The position numbers were made by a program, and so were the translations under genes. From Nitrososphaerales archaeon (lineage in GTDB: Archaea > Thermoproteota > Nitrososphaeria > Nitrososphaerales > UBA213): DNA of 64,000 bases. The notes beneath the pieces were generated by a model. That model was given only the letters and a program-made list of their open reading frames with translations. It did not search any database and had not been told where the DNA came from. Within the stretch, counting starts at the first letter, position 1. Each line of letters begins with the position of its first letter. The DNA lies in assembly GCA_965197925.1 (NCBI GenBank), contig CBDAOC010000020.1, positions 96,001 through 160,000 of the forward strand, read 5' to 3'. Positions 33,308 through 45,189 of the stretch are shown one piece after another.

Positions 33308-34421
33308 ATAATTGTTGTAATTTTCAAATCAAATTTAAGTGTAATCACTATTAGAAAGTAATGCGACAGAAAAGAAGGAATATACTTTGGTTAGTCGTAA
33401 ATTAACAATTCGCAATATGGGATCCTGATAATCAATTGGGACTGAAAATTTAAATTGCAACGATTCTTGACTCTATATACACACTGATTGGATTAGTAAT
33501 GAAAGATCTTTACACGTAATACAACTGAATGTGATAAGAATTCATAGTGTATATTCAAGCATTATTAGATTATTTTAATAGATAGAGGAGGGAGCCACCA
33601 AAATAATAATTCCTTTTACACTTATCCGGATGTATAAGAACCATGCCAAATGACATCTCAAATTTAGCTTTTATCCTTGAATTACTTGTAAAAAAAAATA
33701 AAGTGTAAACATCTTTTTATCCTTCCTATTGGACAATTAAATTGCTTTGACTAGTACAATTTTCAGAAGACCACTCGACAAACTTGTTGGAGAGATTGTA
33801 ACACCCTTTAGTACAAAAACAAGTTAGCCAAAGTATGTGAGAAATTTACAAAGTTTGTTTATGTTTTCCACGGCAACAAGCATTATTTCCCTTGAATCCA
33901 ATGCTATTACCTAGATGCTTTCATGTGTACTGTGCTAACTTTTTGAAGTTTAGGAGTCTTGTCCCAAGCCTTGATGTTCTTGGCATGGGAATGTGTTAAT
34001 GTTTTTTAATTGAATTTCACTGATAAATGTTCACATGCATTACTTATATTTCATCAGGATTGTATCATTGAAAGGTGTCTTCCTCAGAATTTTCTCCCAT
34101 ATGAATAAACTAAATTAAGACTGGATTTTTTAGAATCGGTTCTATCAATTACTTAGTATGATTGTGAACTTTTCGGAGAGAAGCGTTTAATTTCTATTCA
34201 ACCTAAGCAGATTAAACTTTCTTAATCTAGTTTAGGAGAATATGGTATTTCAGTTTGTTTGTAATATAAATATCTTCACGGTATCTGTTTTGGAATGATC
34301 CATTCCAAATTGCAAGATATACAAACGCTAATCTAAAATAAGTAAACCTACTATTTACACCTCTTATAAAAACAGTTTACTGTTATTTTTTTTTAAATGT
34401 ATATCAAGTAATTTTACCAAA

Positions 34422-35018
34422 TTATTTCTCTGACTTTACCAAATTTGCTTCAAGCAACTGGTTAAGTAGTTCAACTACTTCCTTCTCAACATCGGAACGC
34501 TGCAAGTTCAGTTTTACTGCAAATGTATCAACCAGCTGTGTTACTGTTTTCGTCCCATCACACATTTTCCAAAATTCAATCAATTGATCGTTTACCATAA
34601 ATCCTTGATTTTGTTCGTTTAGAAGTGCGAGTGAACCGTCTTGTTGCTGCACTGTCTTTCCCTGCTTAGTTGGTTTTGACTTTTCTAGGTCTATTGAGAA
34701 CCTTAAGCTCTTCTTTCCGTATATCTTCTCCTTGGCCTCTGGAGACATTCGATCTTGACTCCATGGCGGATCCCATACAATTTCTACGTTGATGTTACCA
34801 ATTTCATCAACTTTACCCAAATACCTCTTTACATCGCTTACCAGGGTATCGTGTAATGGACAACCACGTGTAGTCATCGTCATTTTAATATTAACATCAT
34901 TATTGTCCTTAATATCTACACCATAAATCAGACCAAGATCAACCACACTCAATGGAACCTCCGGATCCATACAATGCTTTAGTGCCTCCATGACTATTTG
35001 TTCATTGACTTGGATCAT
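34422..35018 (-). CDS. DUF59 (SufT/PaaD-like Fe-S maturation) domain fused to a PqqD-like domain
   Basis: N-terminal DPE..SVVDLGLIY..TT.GCP..VWDPPW and C-terminal FW.MCDG.KTV.QLV......L..L....LV. Confidence 0.88.
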   Translation of the reverse strand: MIQVNEQIVMEALKHCMDPEVPLSVVDLGLIYGVDIKDNNDVNIKMTMTTRGCPLHDTLVSDVKRYLGKVDEIGNINVEIVWDPPWSQDRMSPEAKEKIYGKKSLRFSIDLEKSKPTKQGKTVQQQDGSLALLNEQNQGFMVNDQLIEFWKMCDGTKTVTQLVDTFAVKLNLQRSDVEKEVVELLNQLLEANLVKSEK

Positions 35019-35144
35019 CTTACTACGTAAATAGAAACGAACTGATGTGATAAATATCTTTGTGCTTTCTTAGGTTCAATATTATTTATTCTTGAATGCA
35101 AAATTCATGCTATCCTTCAGGTAGGTAGGGTAAAATTGAGGGGT

Positions 35145-35261
35145 TTAAGCACAACCGCTAGCAAACAAGCATTGTCCAGCTAATAAAGTATAGAGCACGA
35201 ACGCTAGCACTATTCCATATATGCCGATATAAAGAAATTTACGGCTAACCAACTTTAGCAT
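35145..35261 (-). CDS. Small 38-aa single-TM protein with a C-terminal Cys pair (below the ORF-track cutoff)
   Basis: MLKLVSRKFLYIGIYGIVLAFVLYTLLAGQCLFASGCA*, with a TTTAATAA TATA-like box about 30 bp upstream. Confidence 0.5.
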   Translation of the reverse strand: MLKLVSRKFLYIGIYGIVLAFVLYTLLAGQCLFASGCA

Positions 35262-35331
35262 ATCTCTACGCGTTTTTTACAATTTCTACTTATTAAACAT
35301 GATGAATGTATCAAAGGTAGGAGAATAAAAT

Positions 35332-36369
35332 CTACTCGAGGAGAGTCTTTATAGACATATCATATGGAGATGTCAAAACTCCTTTTTCGGTAATTATACC
35401 ACTAATCAATCCTGGTGGTGTCAAATCAAAAGCTGGATTGAACACCCTAACTCCACTTGGCACAATTCTTTTGCCTCCAATATTAATAACCTCATCAAAC
35501 GGTCTTTCCTCTATAGTAACGTTATCTGGATCGCTATTGAAATCAAAACTGGATATCGGCGCTGCCACATAGAATGGTATATTGTGATTGTATGCCATTA
35601 ATGCTACTTGGTAGGTGCCTATTTTGTTGAAAACATGTCCAGTTCTCAGCACACGATCTGCACCAACTATAACTTTCTTTATCATACCTCTAGACATTAG
35701 TGACCCTATTGCGGTATCAGGAGCGACGCTAACATCTATACCAACATGTTTGAGTTCAAATGCAGTAAGTCTTGAACCCTGTAAGACAGGTCTTGTTTCA
35801 GTTGCAATGACATTGATATGCTTTCCCTGCTCCTTTGCCGCACGCAGTACACCAAGTGCTGTTCCATATGCCACAGTTGCAAGTGCACCAGCATTACAGT
35901 GAGTTAATACAGCATCACCATCTTCTATCAATACCGCGCCAAAAGCACCTATCTGCTTGTTTGCATTAACATCCTCTTCTGCCATTTTTAGTGCTTCTTT
36001 TAGTACAAAATCTTTGATTGCTTTTACAGAAGATTGGGATCGTGCCTTCTCCATTACACGCTCCAAAGCCCAGAAAAGATTTACAGCAGTCGGTCGAGTG
36101 CTTCTAAAAACCTTACACACACTATCAAGTTCATGCATAAGTTGATTAGGTGTTTTTGCCTTGCTTTTTTTTGCTGCAAGTGCAATGCCCATAGCTGCTG
36201 CAACGCCTATGGCAGGAGCACCCCTAATTACCAAATTCTTGATACAGTCAGAAATTTTTTCATATGTTGTGCATTTAACAAACTCTAATTTAATTGGTAG
36301 TTTTGTCTGGTCAATCATGACAACTGAATTATCTTTCCACGTAATTGTCAGAAGCTCGTCGGAACGCAT
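35332..36369 (-). CDS. mtnA: S-methyl-5-thioribose-1-phosphate isomerase
   Basis: IDQTKLP, IRGAPAIG, TRPTAVNL, THCNAGALAT, ETRP.LQGSRLT, NKIGTY and NPAFD.TP. Confidence 0.93.
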   Translation of the reverse strand: MRSDELLTITWKDNSVVMIDQTKLPIKLEFVKCTTYEKISDCIKNLVIRGAPAIGVAAAMGIALAAKKSKAKTPNQLMHELDSVCKVFRSTRPTAVNLFWALERVMEKARSQSSVKAIKDFVLKEALKMAEEDVNANKQIGAFGAVLIEDGDAVLTHCNAGALATVAYGTALGVLRAAKEQGKHINVIATETRPVLQGSRLTAFELKHVGIDVSVAPDTAIGSLMSRGMIKKVIVGADRVLRTGHVFNKIGTYQVALMAYNHNIPFYVAAPISSFDFNSDPDNVTIEERPFDEVINIGGKRIVPSGVRVFNPAFDLTPPGLISGIITEKGVLTSPYDMSIKTLLE

Positions 36370-36399
36370 TCTGAGAGGCAGTGACGTATGTACATATAA

Positions 36400-37440
36400 T
36401 TAGTTTACTCGTTCCAACACTTCTATGATCTTCTTCTTTGGATCCTCCATCTGAGCAAGTAATTTTCTAGCCTTTTTAGCAACTGATATGTGGACGTTTG
36501 TATTACTAAGCATCTTTCTTGCAAGCTTTATAGTATCATTAATATCGTAAGATCCAAAGCTTACACCTTTTCCTATGAGAAATTTATTTACTGCAATATC
36601 TTGCATACTGTAAGAAATATTCGGCACCCCAAGTAATGAAGCTTCGCAGTTCATGGTCCCTCCTGAACCTATGAAGACGTCAGTTTCCATTAAGAGCGAT
36701 CTACCATCAGTAACACTGTCAAGTATTATAGCATGTTTATTATACTCTTCCAACTTCTTGATCTGATCATAATATCTACTTAATACAACTATATTGCAAT
36801 TCTTGAAGTTCTTTATTAATGAAGAGAGCAGTTTGTATGATATGGTATTGGTACTTACATATGCTGCTTTTGACTCCTCTAACCTGAGTGTAATAGTTTT
36901 CTTCTCGGGAACAAGTTCTATACCAAGATGAGTTTTTTTGAAGGGATGATTTAGCCACATTAGAGGGTCCAGGGCTTTGTAACTAATGATGGAATTTATA
37001 TCTATACCATATCTTGTAAATTCTTTCTTCCGAATTATCCACGGACACATTAGTTTGCTCATTAACGGTATTGAGAGTCTACATACAGCCTCTGCGTGCG
37101 GAGAGTCATTAAATCCTACATGTCTTGTCTTTAGACCGAAAGCGACTCTAGCAGCTTCTGGAGACGAGAAACTTGTTAGGGTATCCGGATTGAATTTTTC
37201 TATGAAATCAACAAGTTTGCCGGCCCTATTAGCACTTGCCACCACTTTACCTCTAAGAGAATTACCTCCATGCTCCCCGACTAATGTAATATTTAAACCT
37301 CTGAGTTTAGCTAGTTGTATGACTTCTCTATACCTTCTTGAAGTGCATAAGATCCTATGGTTTCTTTTATGAAGTTCATCTATAATGGGCTTGAAGAAGT
37401 TAACCTGCTTGGGTGTAAGCACGTCAATCCAGAATTTCAA
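36400..37440 (-). CDS. DUF354 family protein (GT-B-like)
   Basis: WID..TPKQ..F, G.HGG, DSPHA and GGTM..EA.LLG.P.IS. Confidence 0.85.
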   Translation of the reverse strand: MKFWIDVLTPKQVNFFKPIIDELHKRNHRILCTSRRYREVIQLAKLRGLNITLVGEHGGNSLRGKVVASANRAGKLVDFIEKFNPDTLTSFSSPEAARVAFGLKTRHVGFNDSPHAEAVCRLSIPLMSKLMCPWIIRKKEFTRYGIDINSIISYKALDPLMWLNHPFKKTHLGIELVPEKKTITLRLEESKAAYVSTNTISYKLLSSLIKNFKNCNIVVLSRYYDQIKKLEEYNKHAIILDSVTDGRSLLMETDVFIGSGGTMNCEASLLGVPNISYSMQDIAVNKFLIGKGVSFGSYDINDTIKLARKMLSNTNVHISVAKKARKLLAQMEDPKKKIIEVLERVN

Positions 37441-37637
37441 ACCAATCCTTTCCCTCTAATAGTAACCAAAGTAAGTGTAGATATTTTTTCCCATGGTATG
37501 GATGGTTTTCTGGCATAGAATATTAATCATGATAAAGATTCACAAAATGGGTCGTACAAACAGAGAAAATATGGCTACTTCCGATGCCTTTTAGATCATT
37601 CCGACTTGTATGTGCATGAAGCTCAAAGCAATGAGCG

Positions 37638-38993
37638 CTAGCATCCTACAACTCTCCCTATGCCAGAAAACATTATGTTGTTATATTTGTAAGGGTCAAG
37701 AATTCCCCTGCCATCATATATTGCTATCACGTCTCCTAACTTCTTAGGATTTATCTTCGCGTACTGAGGATGATCCGTAGCCAATATTATTAAATCAGCA
37801 TCGCTTAATGCTACTTCCAATTTGTTTGTAAAAACTACAGACTCTGGGAGTGATTGATCATCTTCAGCGTATGGGTCGTGTACCGTAACTTTGCAGCCAG
37901 TGTTTAACAGTTCCTGGACAACTTCATATGAAGGCGAAAGCCGTGTATCTGATACACCTCCTCTAAAAGCAAGTCCCAGAACCAAAACTCTACTATCGGT
38001 AGTTGATTTTCCGCATTTTCTGAGAAGTGATAATGCTTCCTGAACACAATACTTGGGCATTATAGAATTGACTTGTCTTGCCAAGCCTGTAATGTCGGTA
38101 CCCGCCTTTAGTTTAGCTGCTACCTCCATTACAAAATATGGATATACAGGTATACAAGCACCTCCTACGCCTATTCCAGGCTTGTGTAAATGAGAATAAG
38201 GCTGAGAATTCGCTGCTTTTCTAATTTCCCAATAGTCTACACCCAATTTTTCACAAACTTTTGCAAACTCATTTGCCAGCGCTATATTAACATCTCTGTA
38301 AATACCTTCAAACAATTTTTCTGTCTCCGCGGCCCGTATACTACTTAACTTGATTACGCTTTTCTTAGAAATTAAAGAGTAAAGTGCGCTACCTGCAGCC
38401 AGACTTTTAGAACCCATACCAGCTACTATTGCTGCATAATTTTGTTCTATATCTTGAATTGCCTGACCTTCTGATATTCTTTCTGGACTATATACTAAAC
38501 CAAATTGCTTTTCAACCATTAAACCACTTTCTTTTTCGAGGATCGGTAAAACGCAATCTTTTGTGGTACCAGGAGGTACGGTAGGATTTACAGATACAAC
38601 ATCACCTTTCTTGAGTCCCTTGGCTATGTGCATCGCAGCGTCATAAATCCTGGAAATGTCTGCTAAGCCATTATGCAATCCAACCGGCACTGCAATAATT
38701 TTGAAATCAGACATTCTGGAAGCATGGATTCCATCCATAGTAGCAATAAAACGCCCTTTTCTTATTCCGGCTCCAAATGCTTGGGAGACACCTGGTTCAT
38801 TCACAGATGAAATACCCTTTGATACCATTTTAATCACATCTTCGGATATGTCCACACCGATTGACCTGGCACCGGCTCTGAGCCATACCGCACTCAGAGC
38901 TGAACCCACATGACCAAGACCATACACAGCAACAGTAAGTTTGTGTTTTTTTAAAGACGTAGCTAATATTCTAGGATTTTGTAATATATTCAT
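37638..38993 (-). CDS. Nucleotide-sugar dehydrogenase (UDP-ManNAc/GlcNAc dehydrogenase, WecC-like)
   Basis: GLGHVG, TVPPGTT, SPER, KLFE..YRDVNIALANE, PG.GVGG.CIP and D.R.SP. Confidence 0.92.
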   Translation of the reverse strand: MNILQNPRILATSLKKHKLTVAVYGLGHVGSALSAVWLRAGARSIGVDISEDVIKMVSKGISSVNEPGVSQAFGAGIRKGRFIATMDGIHASRMSDFKIIAVPVGLHNGLADISRIYDAAMHIAKGLKKGDVVSVNPTVPPGTTKDCVLPILEKESGLMVEKQFGLVYSPERISEGQAIQDIEQNYAAIVAGMGSKSLAAGSALYSLISKKSVIKLSSIRAAETEKLFEGIYRDVNIALANEFAKVCEKLGVDYWEIRKAANSQPYSHLHKPGIGVGGACIPVYPYFVMEVAAKLKAGTDITGLARQVNSIMPKYCVQEALSLLRKCGKSTTDSRVLVLGLAFRGGVSDTRLSPSYEVVQELLNTGCKVTVHDPYAEDDQSLPESVVFTNKLEVALSDADLIILATDHPQYAKINPKKLGDVIAIYDGRGILDPYKYNNIMFSGIGRVVGC

Positions 38994-39036
38994 TTTTATC
39001 TACACTTCGAAAACGCGATATAAAGCCATTACTTCA

Positions 39037-39602
39037 AGGCAAGCCAGGTACCAAGCGTCACATGCTTGTTGATGGAAGAGGGGTGCCTCTCCCATTAGTT
39101 ACTGAAGCAAGTAAACACGGCATGAAATCGGTCCCTTTCCACACTAGAGCGTTGTTGTTGATGGACCTAAAGTTAAACAGAATATATGTTGTATAGGGGA
39201 CATGATTTCCCTGGGATAGAGTACGGATAAGGAGGAAGGAGAAAGGGATATGTGGATCACATTCGCCATAACGGTGAAGTGCTGAAAAAGTTGTACGAAG
39301 CAAAGAGGTGGGTTGTTGAGAGGACAGCATCTTGGCATAACAGGTTCAGAAAGTTATTGGCAAGATTCGAGGGAGAGGAAAATTATCAGGCATCAGTAGA
39401 ATTGGCTAACTGTCTAATAGTGTATCGAGCTATATATTGGTAGTGTCATAAACATGTTAATGCAACTTCTAATATCCACCATCTACGATACTAAATCAAT
39501 AGCAAGAAAACTAAACCTAACGGTATGAACTAATATTCTTGCATTCTAAACGTTATCATTTCTACTAAACACAACCACCAGATAGAATTTTGGGACAAGC
39601 TC
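39037..39602 (+). mobile_element. IS5-family element, 5'-truncated and diverged copy C
   Basis: 3' half of the transposase and a right IR (AATTTTGGGACAAGCTC) followed by TAA. Confidence 0.85.
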
Positions 39603-39992
39603 TAAGTTATTCATGCAAGGATTTCATGTCGTAATTAACAATAATGATATCTTTAGTGGGAAACTTTCCGCGTCAAATGTGACCAGGATAGTATTCATTT
39701 GTGATGACATCTCCAGTTGATTTCAACAGGTGAATCATAAATATCATTGATACCATTAATACTGACGAATCAGAGAACAGATCTACAGTAAACTTCACTC
39801 CACAATCACTTACCTTGTTGTATAACGAACCAATTGATCTAGATTGTTCTACCAATCAAGCTTTAGTTCATCATTTTCTGTCATTTCATGAATTGGAGAA
39901 CATGCAAATCATTCACTAGTAAGAAAAGGTGGGATTTGAACATTGGTTTTTAACTCCATGAATTTGCAAATTCGCTCTTGCTAAAGTTGTCC

Positions 39993-40301
39993 TTATTTCT
40001 CACAACCAATCCCATCCTTATCGCGGTCAAAGCCATGTGGATCAGGGGGCAAGACTCTGAAGTTACGGTGAGTAATTTCACCACAATCCAGGTCTGGGGG
40101 CGAAGGGGGTATGCATACATCTGGATAAGAAGGATCACATCTCCTTTCTTCAGGTGCAGGAGAAGGTTGCGCTCTCTCTTCCTGATGTTCGGTCGCGGCT
40201 TCATCGGGTTGCTACGTTTGAGCTTCATCGGGTTGCTGCGTTTGATTCCAGATCACGGCACTAACTATAATTATACCTAGGATACCCCACGCAATTTTCA
40301 T
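39993..40301 (-). pseudogene. Membrane-anchored Excalibur-like Ca-binding protein with an in-frame TAG
   Basis: MKIAWGILGII...QTQQPDEAQT*QPDEA...CDPSYPDVCIPPSPPDLDC...DPHGFDRDKDGIGCEK. The stop lies in one copy of a 24-bp duplication (40198-40245). Confidence 0.8.
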
Positions 40302-40577
40302 GCCTTTTTTCAAACATATATCACCTACTCTTTTTTCCTCTGATTTCCTCGATCTATTCCAAATTAAAGAATGAGGTTTTACTTTCCCATCTACTATATA
40401 TATGATTCTGCATCTACAGCATCCATAATGCATTGGAGGGTTTTGAGATGGCCTAATATCGCCTGTTTACTAATTTTTTGGAATGATTATGCCAATTTAG
40501 CATGACACGATTTGAGTTATGATGAATTAGTAAAAAGAAAAAGAGGGGAAGTTATGGAGCCCAATCCGGGTCTTTCT

Positions 40578-40967
40578 TTATGCGTGGATGCTTATCTTAT
40601 GCTTCTCTTCCCTGTTAGCCAGGAATGATGTCATCCATCCTAGGACGGCACCAAAGATTGCATACTGTAGCAATGGCACAAGTAATTCCGTGTATGGCAT
40701 TAATACTGGCCTTGCTATTACAGCGAAAGATACCAATCCAGTAATTACACCCAACGATACTGCATCCTTGGTTCTTACCGGCTTGACACTATCATTGGAC
40801 ATCAGCACACCGTATACTGCACCTATGATTAGAGTGGTAGGCAATAGCACTTGAAGGTCCAGGGTGTCTGTACCAAGCATGGTGACTGCTAACACCAGTC
40901 CTGCAAGGAGTCCCGCAATCGCTCCATTTCGAATACCCTTCTTTATTTCGTGCTTGTTGTTTGACAT
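40578..40967 (-). CDS. Small 4-TM membrane protein
   Basis: Glycine-rich TM helices (GAIAGLLAG, GAVYG, GAVLG). Confidence 0.75.
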   Translation of the reverse strand: MSNNKHEIKKGIRNGAIAGLLAGLVLAVTMLGTDTLDLQVLLPTTLIIGAVYGVLMSNDSVKPVRTKDAVSLGVITGLVSFAVIARPVLMPYTELLVPLLQYAIFGAVLGWMTSFLANREEKHKISIHA

Positions 40968-41880
40968 GTTTGTCTATAGTCATATATGCAATGCAGCATC
41001 CTTAAGCTTGGATAGTATAATGTTGATCTGGAAGTTGTCATATTATACACCATTGAAGGACAATGCGCGTGTCAACATTTGTTGCAAGGATGCGATGGTT
41101 TTGTTCTTCCAATCTCGTATGATGTCGCATCTCGTCATCAGGGATAATGAGAGGAATTGAAACCTTGATCTGGTGTATTTAAGGATGAGTTAATTCCGAG
41201 TTTGGGTTAGTACATTTGACCAACCCATATTTTTCATATATTATGCAGTTAACAAGAGGGTTCATCACCAAATCATGTAATTTTAGTATCCAAATCCGCC
41301 ACAGATTCTGGAATGCTAGAGGATAAATATCTGATTAGTGAGAATGTTCACTTATAATTATTCTCATACCAAGGAATAATCTTAGCTAGATTCAATCTCA
41401 TCCATGAAATCATCTCATGAACATAATCAAATCATGAAGGCTTGGCGCAAAATAGCCGTAGGATTTAGATTTCTTGATGAAGCATGCCGACAATGTAATC
41501 CCACAAACCATGCCATGTTGCAAGTATACAGGCTACCGATGGATAATCGAGTCAAGCAAGCCGCTGCTCATTGAGGCATAAAAATCCATTGTTGCAGTTG
41601 GATGGGATATTGAAGTTTGTAAGAGGATAAAAACAGGGCGTTATCATTAACCCCAATTGATTCCATGAAATGTTCATCGCGGGAATAACTGTCGTGTGAT
41701 AGGTCGTCTCAAAACCCTTTAACGGTTAATGAAATTTCTGCGATCGATATATTTGCCAGTACAGGGTTCCGCAGATCAACTATTCGTTATGAAGGATCAT
41801 GGGAAACGTATATGGGATTTCCGCATCTAGCAGCATCCATAATGCATTGAAGAGTTTTGAGATGACTTCAATGTCTGCAA

Positions 41881-42070
41881 TGATGTATATACCAACAGCG
41901 ATAGGGACAAGACATTGGTATAACAAGAGCCAATTGAGAACCGAAACAAGATCATTGCAGAACAAAATTCCTGCATTCAGATGATAATCAAGGAATTGAA
42001 GAATATCTCCTGAAGAAGATAAGGAATTGAATAAGAAACTAGAATTATTGGAAAGGACCTATACGGAATG
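41881..42070 (+). pseudogene. Degenerate inverted paralog of the 3' half of ORF 45190-45591
   Basis: YIPTAIG..HWYNKSQLR..KELNKKLELLE matches YVPTAIGIGHWHNKNQLR..KELNRKLEVLE, with frameshifts. Confidence 0.75.
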
Positions 42071-42106
42071 ATAGACTACGTTAAGGATAGTGAATATATA
42101 CCAAGA

Positions 42107-43003
42107 TCAATTCTGTTCTAGTATCTTCCAGTCGTAGAGAGTCTTTAATAATACATCCACAGTACGTCGTGGAGAATATAGATCTCGAATCTTCCACGAG
42201 TCAATACTTACATTAGTTGCATGTAGGATTCCCTTTGCAATTGATCTTGGATTTGGCTCACAATTAACAACAAAATCCCTCATCTGAGGATAATCAAAGT
42301 ATTCGTCATTAACATAACAGACAACTGGCGTTCCAACTGCCAGAGCTTCAATCGTAACTATACCATATATGCCAGTTGTAAACTGATCACAGAGGACATG
42401 AATCTGAGACAAATAATCTGGCATTTTGTTGTGAGAAACACGTTCTGATAAGAGATCACAATTATATCCCATCGAATGTAGAACTGTTAATGCTTCATTT
42501 ACCAGATCTGTGCCTTTGATTTTAGCATTTGTGGGAAAATGTCCTACGATCAACGGTTCTCCTTCTCTCCATTTCTTCCTATTTCTTGGTGTGAATCGTT
42601 CAGTATCAATACACCGTGGAAGAAAGACCGCATCAGAGTTGCCTACATACCTATAAAGGTCCTTGGTTGTTATGAAACATCTCGACTCTAGCCCTATCAA
42701 TCCGTCTCTTAGATCACTTCCATTGTAGATGATAATACTATGCTTACTTTTTACATAACGTTCTGTTGAAAGACGTATTTCAAGGTCACATTCTTTCACA
42801 GTTCTTAACCATGCTTTCCTTAGAGTCCTTTCAAAAGGTATTTTGTGCACTTTGCCAATATTAATTTGAAATTCACTGTCACTCATCGTGGTTAGTGAAT
42901 CATAACTAGAATAGTTATCAACATAAAAACCACAATTCCTAAGTTCTTTCCCTATAAGGTAACCCAGTGATGCGATATTACCTACAATAGCTATACTTTT
43001 CAC
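42107..43003 (-). CDS. GT-B glycosyltransferase (GT4-like)
   Basis: H.PT...KGT, DQF..G.YG...IEALAVGTPVV. Confidence 0.85.
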   Translation of the reverse strand: MKSIAIVGNIASLGYLIGKELRNCGFYVDNYSSYDSLTTMSDSEFQINIGKVHKIPFERTLRKAWLRTVKECDLEIRLSTERYVKSKHSIIIYNGSDLRDGLIGLESRCFITTKDLYRYVGNSDAVFLPRCIDTERFTPRNRKKWREGEPLIVGHFPTNAKIKGTDLVNEALTVLHSMGYNCDLLSERVSHNKMPDYLSQIHVLCDQFTTGIYGIVTIEALAVGTPVVCYVNDEYFDYPQMRDFVVNCEPNPRSIAKGILHATNVSIDSWKIRDLYSPRRTVDVLLKTLYDWKILEQN

Positions 43004-43479
43004 GTAAACTCAAGATTACTTACCTTATTTCATGTATTAGTTTTATGTTTCACATTATTTGGCGAATTAGTCGTGAATTACCTTGGGAATCTTATATCTT
43101 GATAATACCTTTGGCTGATAACCAATTGATCTTTCAAAGTAAGGTAATCATTAGAACTTTTGTTAGATGTTTAATTTCCCAAATAATTGATGTTCAATAA
43201 TTAGACCATTGTTGAATAAATAAGGTACTTGCTAACCTGTTTCGATTGATCCATAGATTTCAGCAGATTCTCAAGACTGAATTAATATGATGATAACACG
43301 TAATTGTTATACCTCCAGGCGCAGATTGTTCTATTAACATCTCCTAGAGTCTTTTATATTGCCATGAGCTAGCTTCAATTGTTGTTTCTCAACACTTTAA
43401 CCATCTCCAATTAAAGTGATTATAAATATAACTCTACTATCTACGATGCGGATCCTGAATAATTTTCGTCGTGTTAAGC

Positions 43480-43912
43480 AGCTTGTATCGAAAGGCAAGA
43501 TCGTTACCTCAGTTTATGGTTTTGGGCATGTTGGTGCTCCAACTGCGGCAGTATGGCTGAGAGCAGGAGCGAAAGTATAGCTGTAGATAAATTAGATTTC
43601 GTCGTTACTGCGGCTTCATCAGGGAACTTATCTATTTCTGAACCTGGAGTAGAATCAGTATTAAAGACTGCTCTTAGAAAGAAACGGTTCACAGCTACAG
43701 CTGACGCCGTCAAGGCGTCAAAACAATCTGACTTCAAAATATAGCTGTCCCAGTAGGCCTGTCAGACAACTCTGCAGATTTATCTGCCTTGGAAGATGTG
43801 GCAAGCAGCATAGCAAAAGGTCTTAAGAAAAGAGATTTAGTTTCTCTATCAACAACTGTTCCTCCATGTATTACCGAAGAGTTTCTTTTACCAATACTCA
43901 AAAAAAAGAGCC
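43480..43912 (+). pseudogene. N-terminal fragment of a second nucleotide-sugar dehydrogenase, truncated by an IS
   Basis: VYGFGHVGAP, EPGV, IAVPVG and TTVPP spread over several frames; paralog of 37638-38993. Confidence 0.8.
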
Positions 43913-44325
43913 GCGTTAGATACATTGTGAGAGATAAAGGATGTGATGATCATGAGTTACGTGATTTCAGCAGGTATAGGGAGCATCTACTAGTTTCCCA
44001 TTGGAAAGGTACAGGCATGTTGTAGATAATAATAGACCAGGCATTGTTGCAGTTCTATAACTCGGAGTATGGATGGTATGTATATTCTCGGAGGGGCATA
44101 GGCGTTGGGCCATTGATAGAGCAGATAAAGGATGTATTTGATGGATCTACTACCTGTTAGAGGATTTGATAAAGCTAGTATCTTCGCTCTGATTTCTATA
44201 TTGCTATAGCAGCTGATGGTATGCTACAACTAGACAGGAGACCTCTCAGGGCATTGAAGCATATGTTAGGAAGCTAAAGAACCAATATCAAAATAATATT
44301 ATAATTGAATTATGCCCGTGCCTCA
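43913..44325 (+). mobile_element. 3' remnant of the IS family seen at 30263
   Basis: Transposase C-terminal sequence and right IR AATTATGCCCGTGCCTCA. Confidence 0.85.
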
Positions 44326-44330
44326 CTTAT

Positions 44331-45162
44331 TTACATACGTAAAACCCATTTTATCATTTTTTTTAGAAAGTTATTGGCAGTTGTAGAAAGTGGTTCCTTA
44401 TAAGACTGCCATCTGTCATGATATTCTCTAAAATGTTCTTCCTTTGTAATGTGATATAGACGTTCTAGTAATTCTATATGTACATTGTGATATTGTAAGG
44501 CTAGTCCTTCCAAGATATCGTAATAGGAATAACCGTTTGCATCATAACGTGGTAAGTTTTTTTTCAAAGCAAACACACCTTGATCAAAAAGATATTTTGC
44601 ATCTTCATGTCCAGTAAATTCATAATATTCGTAAATTCCTAACATAGCATACATCATACCGTTCAAAACTCTTGATTCTTTAACCCTCCCATTACTGGCA
44701 TATTCTTCATACCACCATCCATCTCTTTCTGTTTTATAGGTAACACCTCCTCCTTAACTTCCACAAAAAATGAATTTAGAAGGGCATTAGCAGTATCCAA
44801 ATACTTTTGGTCTCGTGAGACATCGTAAGCCCTCTTCAATGCCTGTATAGCCTGACCTTGAGCCATAGCTGATCGCCACAGAGGTGTTAAGTTGTACTTC
44901 GGCCATGGAAATTTATATTCTAAAATTTTGTAGTTCCCATATGGTAAAGCATTATCTGCTAACCAATTGGAACAATTCAGAAATAGTTCTCTAGTTTTTT
45001 GTCTCTATTATTTCTAAAATTGTCATGATAGTTAATAGCGGTCTGACTTATCGTAACTGGGTTTCTCTGTTTTCCAATACAGATCCCATAAAGATATCCA
45101 TAATCTATGGGAATACCTAAGTTATCTAAAATTATCTTACTGTTTCCCATATCCTCATACAA
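44331..45162 (-). pseudogene. D-glucuronyl C5-epimerase family protein, in three frameshifted pieces
   Basis: NPVTISQ.A, SAMAQGQAI, WWYEEY, LNGMMYA.LG.Y, and Y H..HI..L..L..IT. Confidence 0.82.
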
Positions 45163-45189
45163 TCATGTCTAACAATATATTTGTAAGTT

